Assembly: GCA_039656355.1 (NCBI GenBank)
Contig: JBDHMC010000001.1
Span: forward strand, 1 to 45,469
Length of the DNA: 45,469 bases
Direction: 5' to 3'
Origin: Gemmatimonadota bacterium
Lineage (GTDB): Bacteria; Gemmatimonadota; Gemmatimonadetes; Longimicrobiales; Gaopeijiaceae
Both the position numbers and the translations under genes were made by a program. Positions 33,150-41,257 of this stretch are shown piece by piece. Each line of letters opens with the position of its first letter. Position 1 is the stretch's first letter. The notes under the pieces were generated by a model, which was not told the DNA's origin, made no database searches, and saw nothing but the letters and a program-made list of their open reading frames with translations.

Positions 33150-35591
33150 TCAATCGTACCGGAGGGCTTCTGCAGGATCTATTCGAGACGCTCGCCGGGC
33201 CGGCACCACAGTTCCGGCCACCACCATCCCTACTACGGCAAGGGACACGCCGACAAGGGCCAGAGGGTCGGCTGGGCTTACACCGAGGAGGAGACTCCGC
33301 AACAGAAGTCCTACGCCAACGGCGAGGAGCACTCCTGCGAGAAGGCCGGGAAGTACCAAGCGAAAGGCGCCCATGAGGACGGCCCGCAAAACCCGACCGG
33401 GCTCGGCCCCCAACGCAATCCTGATCCCGGTCTCTCGGGTCCGCCTGGACACCGAATAGGCCATGACTCCATAGATTCCCATCCCCGAAAGGAGGAGGGC
33501 GAGGCAGCCCAGGCTTGTTGCCAGGGTCCCGGCGATCCGTTGGGGAAGAATCCCCATGTCGTTGTAGCTTTTGAGCTCGATGACCGGGGAGAGTGAGATG
33601 TTCGGATCGAGTCTTCTGAGGCCTTCCTGGATTCCCCGTGTGATCTGTCCGGGATCCGACAGCGTCCTCACCACCAGGTTATTCTCGGCGCCATAGGATT
33701 GTGCCATGGGTCGGTAGATAAACGGGACGAGGGCGTCCGTCAGAAGTTGGCTCTGAACGTCTTCCACGACCCCGACGACGGTGACGGCTTCGTCATCCCT
33801 CCCGCCCCAATGGACCTGTTGCCCGAGGACGACCCCTCCAGGCCATACGCGCTCCACAAACGCACGACTTACCACAGCCACCTGCTCCGATCCGACTCTG
33901 TCCTGAGGTGAAAACCCCCGGCCTTCCAGGACAGGGATCCGGAGTGTCGTGAAGTAGTCCGGGCTGATGAAGTTGTAACCCGCGGAAAGGTAAGCCCGGT
34001 CATCCCCCCGGGCCTCCCATCCGAATGGAACCACGCTGCTGGAGTTGGAGCTCATGTCCAGGGGAAGGTCGATGGACAGGGCAACCGCCTCCACCCAAGG
34101 TTGTGAGGAGAAATAGTCCAGGACCTCATCCTGAAAGACTGTGCCCTCCTCTTCCGATAGCCCTTCCGTTTTCAGGTCCAAGAATGTCAGATAGCTCCCC
34201 TCTGCATCGAATCCCGTCTCAACTTTCCCCGCTTGCTGTAGAGCCCTCAAGAGAAGACTCGCAGCCACCAGAAGCACCACAGAGGACGCTACCTGAGCGG
34301 CCACAAAACCTCTCCTGAGTCGCCCCTCTGCGGACCGAGGGCGACCGCCTTCGTCCTTCAATGTCCCCACCAAATCCAAATCCAGGGCCTGCCGAGCTGG
34401 AAGGAGGCCAAAGACCAACCCGGTAATCAGAGTCACCGCCCCAGCGAAGAGAAGGACGGCCCAATCCGGGGACAGTTCAAGGGTAATGGGATAGGGCGCC
34501 GGCACGTCGATGGACGAAATGGCAGCCAAGCCCCAGTGGGCCATTAGAACCCCTGCCACCCCTCCCACGGAGAAGACCAGGAGGGACTCCGTTAGCAACT
34601 GCCTGATGAGCTGGCCTCGTGCGGCTCCAATAGAGAGCCGAATGGCGATCTCCTTTCTCCGTGCCGTGGCTCTGGCCAAGAACATCCCTGCCACGTTGGC
34701 ACATGTGATCAGGAGGAGCAGCCCAACGAAGGCCATGAGGGTGCCCAGAAAAAGCCCGGCAGGCCCACGGATCACCGAGGGCAGAGCCCCATAGGATTTC
34801 ACCGTCGCAGTCCGGTTCTCATTCGAAGCCGGATATTCCTCAGCCAGTCGCTGGTAGACGGTTTTTACTGCGGCATCCGCCTCCCGAACGCTGGCCTCCG
34901 GTCGGAGCAAACCAATAGCCTGGAACCAGGAAGTATTTCGGCGATCGAAAAAGTCTCGCCCCTCATTCAGAGAAGGAGACTGCATCAGGGGGACATAAAG
35001 ATCGGGCGTCCCAAGGGCCATGTGCCCCCGGAAATCCTCCGGGGTCACGCCCACGACCGTATACGGTTGGCGACTCACATAGACGGTGGAACCGACCACG
35101 TCAGGATCGCCTCCCAGGTAGTTCATCCAAAAGCCGTGGCTGAGGACCGTCACGGGATGCTCGTCAGGCCCCTCATCTTCCTCGGGGAGGAAGGTCCTGC
35201 CCCTGGCTGCCCGGACACCCAGAACCTCGAAGAAGTTGGCGGACACCAACAATCCGAACACCCTCTCACCGGCGTCTCCCTGACTCAGCGTGAGGATCCG
35301 GAAATCCGTTCCAGCGATCTCTTGGAAAGGATCGGCTTGAGAGCGGAGTTCAAGAAAGTCGGGATAGCTGAGGCTGTTTGCGCCATCCCTTCCCCCACCC
35401 AGGTCCACCATTCGAGAAGCGTTGGGGATTCCGTCCACACCCCTCAGGAGCAGCCGATTCACTGCACTGAAGATGGCCGTGTTCGCGCCAATTCCAATCG
35501 CCAAGGAAAGCACAGGGATGAGAAAGAAGAGGGGCCGCTTCCGAAGGGAACGAATAGCGAAGCGGAGATCTTGACGGATGGAATCGAACAT
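33150..35591 (-). CDS. ABC-type permease with duplicated MacB-periplasmic/FtsX modules (ADOP family-like), no cognate ATPase in window
   Basis: The 813-aa protein has the N-terminus MFDSIRQDLRFAIRSLRKRPLFFLIPVLSLAIGIGANTAIFS and two FtsX-type 4-TM blocks. The C-terminus (RRASRIDPAEALRYD) is typical of this family. Confidence 0.85.
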   Translation of the reverse strand: MFDSIRQDLRFAIRSLRKRPLFFLIPVLSLAIGIGANTAIFSAVNRLLLRGVDGIPNASRMVDLGGGRDGANSLSYPDFLELRSQADPFQEIAGTDFRILTLSQGDAGERVFGLLVSANFFEVLGVRAARGRTFLPEEDEGPDEHPVTVLSHGFWMNYLGGDPDVVGSTVYVSRQPYTVVGVTPEDFRGHMALGTPDLYVPLMQSPSLNEGRDFFDRRNTSWFQAIGLLRPEASVREADAAVKTVYQRLAEEYPASNENRTATVKSYGALPSVIRGPAGLFLGTLMAFVGLLLLITCANVAGMFLARATARRKEIAIRLSIGAARGQLIRQLLTESLLVFSVGGVAGVLMAHWGLAAISSIDVPAPYPITLELSPDWAVLLFAGAVTLITGLVFGLLPARQALDLDLVGTLKDEGGRPRSAEGRLRRGFVAAQVASSVVLLVAASLLLRALQQAGKVETGFDAEGSYLTFLDLKTEGLSEEEGTVFQDEVLDYFSSQPWVEAVALSIDLPLDMSSNSSSVVPFGWEARGDDRAYLSAGYNFISPDYFTTLRIPVLEGRGFSPQDRVGSEQVAVVSRAFVERVWPGGVVLGQQVHWGGRDDEAVTVVGVVEDVQSQLLTDALVPFIYRPMAQSYGAENNLVVRTLSDPGQITRGIQEGLRRLDPNISLSPVIELKSYNDMGILPQRIAGTLATSLGCLALLLSGMGIYGVMAYSVSRRTRETGIRIALGAEPGRVLRAVLMGAFRLVLPGLLAGVLLAVGVGLLLRSLLLGVSPADPLALVGVSLAVVGMVVAGTVVPARRASRIDPAEALRYD

Positions 35592-35643
35592 GGAAGCCGT
35601 TGGACCGAGGGAGATAGGGCTCGTTCTTTGGAGACTTCCTCTA

Positions 35644-37086
35644 CTACGGCTCGGTACCCTCCCCGGTTTCCCCATCCTTCGGAACCAGGACTACGGCGTT
35701 TTCAGAATCCAGAAGCAACCGAACAGGGAGACGCTCCAGATAAATGTCTGGCGACCACTCGTCCTGTCGCTGGGGCGCCACCACGATGATGGCCCCGGGT
35801 CTCTCTCCCCAGGCCTCGACGAAGTCATCGAAATTCTGGGTCTTCAGAGGAAGTAGTCGGGCATGCCGCTCCGACTGGTAAACCATTAGCCCAGGTTCAT
35901 TCGAGTACAGGCGGAGCCCACGAGATCGATTGTCCACCCAGCCAACCAGATCCGAGGTCAGCCATTCCGCTGAAGAGTAATATTGGCCGGTCACGTGGAG
36001 GGAGTGGATGCCCGTCAGATCTTCCCGGACCGCCCAAGCCCCCCACGCCAAGAGGACGATGAGGCCTGCTGCGGGACGTTTCATTGCCCCCGCAGCCACG
36101 GGGAGCATTGCAAGGACCAGGGCCGGAAGGAGAATCCGCGTGTCAAAAGGGATTCTCTGATCCACGACCAACCGGGCCACGACGACCACCAACAGGTGGG
36201 CCCCCAGGAGGAAGCCGAGAGGGTAGGCGAAAGACTTCCGACCGAGGAAGTGGGTACCCACCACCCCCAACAAAAGGACGAAGCCGACAAGAATCGGAAG
36301 GCCTGGGGCCAGCCAGAAGCGGAGCATCTCCGGGAGCTGGGCCAGAGTGCTGGTGATGGCGACAGAAAATTCACCCGGGGTCCGTACCGCACCCCCCTGG
36401 CTCCTGGCCCACACCCACCAGCCCAGAAACGCCAGAAACCCGGGAGCCATCCCCACTACAGCCTTCTTCACGCTGCGGGTTTTGACCAGGGCCCAAACGC
36501 CAACGGCAGCTACCGCGGCCAAACCCATGTAGCGAACCATGACGGTCAGGGAGGCCGCCAGTCCCGCCCATAAGGGGCGCTCGGGTTGGCGCACCATCAG
36601 CATCAAGGTCAGGAGCATGAGTGGGAGGTAGAGGGGTTCACTCCAGACGGAGGTGTGCGTAAGGAGGAACGGGGGCATCAGCGCTATGACAAGGGCAGTG
36701 AGGAGCCCAGTCCCCAAACCCGAGGTCGGGCCGACAAGGAGGAAGCACAGGCCCAGTGTCGCCCCTGCGGCCAAAGCCATGACCCAAAGGGAGGCCACGT
36801 CGGCCCGCACCCCCGTAGATCGTATGACTGCCCCGATGGCCAGGGACGGACCAGGAGGAAAGTGAGACAAGGGAGCAACGGTGTCAGGAGAGGCCCAGGA
36901 AGCGATGGGAATCCTCAGGCCGTTCCCCAGAGCGAAGGACCTACCCGCCTCCATATACTCCACCGAGTCAGCATGAGCCCCCGGTAGGTAAGCGGAATTG
37001 TTAATCTCCAGCACCGCCACAGCACCCAGCACCAAGAGGGTGATGGCAACAAGATAGTGTCGGGTCACAAACGGCTCAGTCTTCAT
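35644..37086 (-). CDS. Polytopic membrane protein, possible GT-C fold glycosyltransferase (ArnT/PMT_2-like)
   Basis: The 480-aa protein has many TM segments. It has an acidic first loop (HADSVEYMEAGRSFALGNG), then SHFPPGP, and a roughly 110-aa soluble C-terminal tail. The family assignment is from motif resemblance only. Confidence 0.5.
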   Translation of the reverse strand: MKTEPFVTRHYLVAITLLVLGAVAVLEINNSAYLPGAHADSVEYMEAGRSFALGNGLRIPIASWASPDTVAPLSHFPPGPSLAIGAVIRSTGVRADVASLWVMALAAGATLGLCFLLVGPTSGLGTGLLTALVIALMPPFLLTHTSVWSEPLYLPLMLLTLMLMVRQPERPLWAGLAASLTVMVRYMGLAAVAAVGVWALVKTRSVKKAVVGMAPGFLAFLGWWVWARSQGGAVRTPGEFSVAITSTLAQLPEMLRFWLAPGLPILVGFVLLLGVVGTHFLGRKSFAYPLGFLLGAHLLVVVVARLVVDQRIPFDTRILLPALVLAMLPVAAGAMKRPAAGLIVLLAWGAWAVREDLTGIHSLHVTGQYYSSAEWLTSDLVGWVDNRSRGLRLYSNEPGLMVYQSERHARLLPLKTQNFDDFVEAWGERPGAIIVVAPQRQDEWSPDIYLERLPVRLLLDSENAVVLVPKDGETGEGTEP

Positions 37087-37459
37087 CGTCCCATCCCGGA
37101 TAGGCCAGGAAGCCCTCCTTCCGCATGACCCAGACCATATGCCCCAATCGCTCCTCCACCGGATCCACCCGCTCTCCGAACTCGCCCCTCAGCAGTTCCC
37201 CCACCTCGGCAACGGTCCGCTCCCCATCGAGATGCGTCCAGGCAAAACTCCCCACCTCATCCAGTCGGATCCGGTGGGCTGACATCTTATGGAAGAACCG
37301 GTCCATCAGGCCGCGAAAACCGATGGTCGCGGGCTCGGGTCGCAGCAAAACCACCTGACTCCCTGCCTCTTCCCATTCAGCGATGCGTCGAGGGGCCAAC
37401 CCCAGGAGGTTGACGCCTGCCAACTCTTCTTCCCGGTTCGCTCTCTTTCGATGTCCCAT
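37076..37459 (-). CDS. PqqD-family / RRE-like small protein
   Basis: In this 127-aa protein, the segment RIRLDEVGSFAWTHLDGERTVAEVGELLRGEFGERVDPVEERLGHMVWVMRKEGFLAY fits the PqqD-like pattern (N-x-G-x-x-I/W...DG-x-x-T-V-x-E...L-x-x-G-L/F). Its stop overlaps the downstream membrane-protein start by 11 nt. Confidence 0.6.
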   Translation of the reverse strand: MGHRKRANREEELAGVNLLGLAPRRIAEWEEAGSQVVLLRPEPATIGFRGLMDRFFHKMSAHRIRLDEVGSFAWTHLDGERTVAEVGELLRGEFGERVDPVEERLGHMVWVMRKEGFLAYPGWDDED

Positions 37460-37530
37460 GGGGTTCGTGGAGGAAGATCTTCTGAACTGGGGGGCCCCGT
37501 TGAGGGGGCGCCCCCTGTGAATGAAGCTCG

Positions 37531-39519
37531 TTAGTGGTCCAGACGCGTGGATGAGAGGCGATCCGATCTGATCTGACTTATCGGGAGCCAGACCAACATC
37601 CCCAGGACGATGACGTAGGCGAACAGGCTCAAGAAGTAGCTCGGTTCTTCAAGGAAGTTCAGGTTCTGGAAAGAGAGGAGGAACGGGAACTTGTCCGCAC
37701 CGATCACCAGGAGGGCCAACACCACTGCCATGAGAGACTCCCCTGCAATAAACCCTGACGAGACCAAAATCCCGGTGTTCTCCGCTCGGGCCTTCTCCTC
37801 CTCTGAAGCCCCCTTCCTCTTCAGTTGCAGCTCAAAGATCCATTTGACCAAACCACCGACGAAGATTGCCGAGGTGGATTCGAAGGGGAGGTACATTCCT
37901 ACGGCGATGAGCATGGGCGCCGGCGCCTTGATGAGGATGAGGCCCACGGCGAAGAACATCCCTACGATGACGAGCGGCCAGGCCATCTCTCCGGCCACGA
38001 TCCCATTGGCCATCAGAGCCATGAGGCCGGCCTGAGGAGCCGGCAGTTGGGCTGATCCGATGACGTAGACGTTGTGGAGGGCCATGAGAGGGAAAGTGAG
38101 GACCAGGGCCGCGACAACTACACCCACCAGCTCGCCGATCTGCATCCGCCACGGTGTCCCGCCCAGGATGTGCCCAACCTTGAGGTCCTGCATCATATCC
38201 CCGGCGATGGCAGCGGCGCAGCAGACAACACCCGCCACACCCAGGACACCCGCCACCCCGCGGACATCGGTCACGCCGAGGAACACCATCATCACCGCTG
38301 CGATGAGGAGGGCGCTGAGGGTCAGACCCGAAACCGGATTGTTGGATGAGCCAATGAGCCCAACCAGATAGCCGGCGACAGCCGCAAACAGGAAGCCCAG
38401 GACCACCATAACCACGGTTAGCGTAACGGAACCGGCCACGGACCCGGAGAAGTGGTAGTAAAGGAAGAAACAGGCCACGGCAGCAGCACCGATGGCCAGA
38501 AGAACCTTTTTGAGGTCCAGGTCTACGTCGGTTCGATCCGTTTCCTCCCCACCCCCCACCACCCCGATGTTCTTCAATGCGCGCCCGATTCCGGTGATGA
38601 GGGATTGCCGAAGCGACCAGAGAGTGTAGAACGCCGCCACGATCATGGTCCCCACCGCCAGGGGTCTGACCTGACGGAGCCATACGGCGGTAGCCAAATC
38701 AGAATAGGTCTCGTCGGGCCCGATGAGGGCTCCCAGGCCAGGGTTGAGGAAGACGGAGAGAGGCACCAGCAGGAGCCAACCCATGACCGCACCGGAGAAG
38801 AGGACGGCCGAGATTCTGGTTCCCACGATATAGCCCACCCCCATCAGCATGGGGGATGCGCTGGGCGTGGCTCCCAATAGACCACCGGTATACTCCACCC
38901 GGCCCTGAAGAATGTCGATTGAGGAGCGGCCGAAGGCGAAGAACCGACTGGTGCTCTCCTGGACGAGCTGAATCCCATTCAGGTTCTTGAGAAACTCCCA
39001 GCCGCCAGCGAGCCCCATGGCTGCAAAGAGGTAGGCCGCCCCTGTCTGCCCCCCTTGCCCCGCCTTTACGATCTCCGCCGCGGCCACGCTCTCCGGAAAT
39101 GGAAGATCGGCCTCCACCACCAACGTCCGCCGAAGCACGATGATGAAGAGAACGCCCAGGATTCCTCCGATGAGCATGATGGCTGTGCTCTCGAAATAGT
39201 GGAGGTCCTCCCATGCGCCGGAAATGATGAACGCCGGAATGGTGAAGATGGCCCCGGCCACCAGCCCTTCCCCCACAGAGGCTGTGGTTCTGGCGATGTT
39301 CTCCTCCAGAATGGTCCCCTTAAAAAGACGGAGCACCGCCATGGCCACCACCGCGGCCGGGAAAGTGGCGGCCACCGTGAGGCCGGCTCGCATACCTACA
39401 TAGGCATTGGCCGCCCCCAGGGTCACTGCCATGAAGGCTCCTAGAACGAGTGCCTTGAGGGTCAGCTCCTTCATGGAGCGGGAGGCCGGAACGAAGGGAG
39501 CGAAGGGCTTCTTTTCCAT
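37531..39519 (-). CDS. OPT family oligopeptide transporter
   Basis: The 662-aa polytopic protein has an N-terminus (ELTLKALVLGAFMAVTLGAANAYVGMRAGLTVAATFPAAVVAMAVL) characteristic of bacterial OPT transporters. Confidence 0.85.
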   Translation of the reverse strand: MEKKPFAPFVPASRSMKELTLKALVLGAFMAVTLGAANAYVGMRAGLTVAATFPAAVVAMAVLRLFKGTILEENIARTTASVGEGLVAGAIFTIPAFIISGAWEDLHYFESTAIMLIGGILGVLFIIVLRRTLVVEADLPFPESVAAAEIVKAGQGGQTGAAYLFAAMGLAGGWEFLKNLNGIQLVQESTSRFFAFGRSSIDILQGRVEYTGGLLGATPSASPMLMGVGYIVGTRISAVLFSGAVMGWLLLVPLSVFLNPGLGALIGPDETYSDLATAVWLRQVRPLAVGTMIVAAFYTLWSLRQSLITGIGRALKNIGVVGGGEETDRTDVDLDLKKVLLAIGAAAVACFFLYYHFSGSVAGSVTLTVVMVVLGFLFAAVAGYLVGLIGSSNNPVSGLTLSALLIAAVMMVFLGVTDVRGVAGVLGVAGVVCCAAAIAGDMMQDLKVGHILGGTPWRMQIGELVGVVVAALVLTFPLMALHNVYVIGSAQLPAPQAGLMALMANGIVAGEMAWPLVIVGMFFAVGLILIKAPAPMLIAVGMYLPFESTSAIFVGGLVKWIFELQLKRKGASEEEKARAENTGILVSSGFIAGESLMAVVLALLVIGADKFPFLLSFQNLNFLEEPSYFLSLFAYVIVLGMLVWLPISQIRSDRLSSTRLDH

Positions 39520-39703
39520 GGGTCAGCTCACGGAAGGTGGGAATCGACAATAGGAGTTCGGTCTCGCCTGGAGGCCGACCCCAGCCATGACGACGGCGGT
39601 GACGGTAGCTTCCTCTCCGAGGCTCTGTCAATTCATTGGACTGCTTGTTAGTGTTCTTGGTTCGCACCAGATGATAATCCGGCCTGCATAGGAGCAGGAG
39701 ACC

Positions 39704-41158
39704 ATGACCTTCGTTGCCGATCTCGAGCCCAAGGCCCTCTGGGCCCATTTTGACCAGATCCTCACGATTCCCCGAGGATCAAAGGAAGAGGACCAGATTC
39801 GGGCCCATGTCGTCGCCGTGGCCGAGCGGAACGGTCTGGAATACCAGATCGACGGCACCGGGAACGTGATCGTCAGGAAGCCTGGCACCCAGGGTAAAGA
39901 AGACGCCTCAGCCACCCTTCTCCAGAGCCATCTGGACATGGTGAACGAGAAGAACTCCGACGTGGAGCACGACTTCTCGACCGACGCCATCCGGCCGGTG
40001 ATGGATAGGGAGTATCTTACGGCCGACGGGACCACACTGGGAGCGGACAACGGGATCGGGGTAGCTGCCATGTTGGCCATCCTCGAGGCTCAGGATCTGA
40101 CACATGGCCCGCTGGAGTTCCTCTTCACCATCGACGAGGAGACGGGTCTCACAGGGGCCGGTGGCTTGGATCCCTCCATCCTCCGAGGTCGGATTCTCCT
40201 GAACCTGGACTCGGAAGAAGAAGGGACCGTGACCGTGGGTTGTGCCGGGGGCGCCGATACAGAGATTCGGCTTGGCCTCCAATCCATCCCGGGACCCTCC
40301 AACTCTTCTACCTTCAGGGTGAGGCTCCACGGACTGAACGGTGGCCACTCCGGGATCGACATCCACCTCCAAAGAGGAAACGCCATCCAAATTCTGGCGC
40401 GGATGATCCACGCCATCTCCCACGGCACGCCGGGGTTCCTCGCAGGAATCGACGGTGGAAACATGCACAACGCTATCCCCCGGGAAGCGTGGGCCACCGT
40501 AGTCATTCCCGACGATCAATCGGGTGATTTCCTACTGGGTATCGGAAAGCAATTCGAGATCGTAAAGGAGGAATACGGAGCCATCGAGCCGGAGATGGAG
40601 TTCAGCATCGACGAGGGACCTGCGCCGGAGGGGGTCTGGACTACTTTCACAACTTGGGACGTCCTCCGCCTGTTGGTCGGCCTGCCCCACGGAGTGGTGA
40701 CCATGAGCAACGACATCGAGGGACTCGTGGAAACCAGCACCAACCTCGCGGAAGCAAAATCCGAGGGCGACGTCCTTCGCATCCTCATGAGTTCGCGATC
40801 TTCGGTTGCGTCATCACTGGGTTGGATCCGGCAGAAAATCCGCGCTGTAGCCTTCCAGGCCAAAGCTGAAGTGGACGAACACGACGGGTATCCGGGCTGG
40901 AAACCGAACCTGGATTCCGCCGTGCTTCAGGTCGTCAAAAACGTCCACACCAGGGTCCTCGGAAAAGAGCCCCATGTGGAGGCAGTCCATGCCGGCCTGG
41001 AATGCGGTATCATCGGTGAGATGGTTCCTGGGATGGACATGATCTCTTTCGGCCCCCAGATCGAGTTCCCTCATTCCCCCAAAGAGCGGGTGAAGGTGGA
41101 TTCGGTGGGCCGCTTTTATGACTTGTTGACGGCGGTCCTGACTGAGTTGGCGAACTAA
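39704..41158 (+). CDS. pepD: Aminoacyl-histidine (Xaa-His) dipeptidase, M20C family
   Basis: The translation reads LEPKALWAHFDQILTIPRGSKEE...LQSHLDMVNEKN...TLGADNGIGVA...FTIDEETGLTGA...HAGLECG. It is 484 aa and is divergent from the OPT transporter gene. Confidence 0.9.
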   Translation: MTFVADLEPKALWAHFDQILTIPRGSKEEDQIRAHVVAVAERNGLEYQIDGTGNVIVRKPGTQGKEDASATLLQSHLDMVNEKNSDVEHDFSTDAIRPVMDREYLTADGTTLGADNGIGVAAMLAILEAQDLTHGPLEFLFTIDEETGLTGAGGLDPSILRGRILLNLDSEEEGTVTVGCAGGADTEIRLGLQSIPGPSNSSTFRVRLHGLNGGHSGIDIHLQRGNAIQILARMIHAISHGTPGFLAGIDGGNMHNAIPREAWATVVIPDDQSGDFLLGIGKQFEIVKEEYGAIEPEMEFSIDEGPAPEGVWTTFTTWDVLRLLVGLPHGVVTMSNDIEGLVETSTNLAEAKSEGDVLRILMSSRSSVASSLGWIRQKIRAVAFQAKAEVDEHDGYPGWKPNLDSAVLQVVKNVHTRVLGKEPHVEAVHAGLECGIIGEMVPGMDMISFGPQIEFPHSPKERVKVDSVGRFYDLLTAVLTELAN

Positions 41159-41203
41159 GGAGGCTCTGCACAAGTGGGGTGCGGCCGCTCGCGCAGAGGC
41201 TCC
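41159..41203. repeat. GC-rich palindromic intergenic element, copy B (REP-like)
   Basis: The sequence is GGAGGCTCTGCAC-(19 nt)-GCGCAGAGGCTCC, directly abutting the pepD TAA. The arms match copy A, including the same G.G mismatch. The first 15 nt of the 19-nt loop (AAGTGGGGTGCGGCC) match the reverse complement of the copy A loop at 13 of 15 positions. Confidence 0.7.
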
Positions 41204-41257
41204 CAAAGGAGGGGCAGATCCGGGGGGGGGATGAGGAAAAACGGAAGGTGGTGAGCC

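Noticed and set aside
37461-37530. G/C palindromes (GGGGGCGCCCCC, GGGGCCCC, GAAGATCTTC) between the OPT gene stop and the PqqD-like gene start. I considered them as a terminator or as a site for a small precursor-peptide gene.
   Set aside because: No ORF fits in the 71-nt gap. The G/C runs allow several mutually exclusive short hairpins and none is followed by a U-tract. I could not support a specific feature.
39617-39627. A partial match (GAGGCTCTG) to the arm of the palindromic element, in the OPT/pepD intergenic region.
   Set aside because: Only about 9-10 nt match and there is no second arm. This is compatible with chance.
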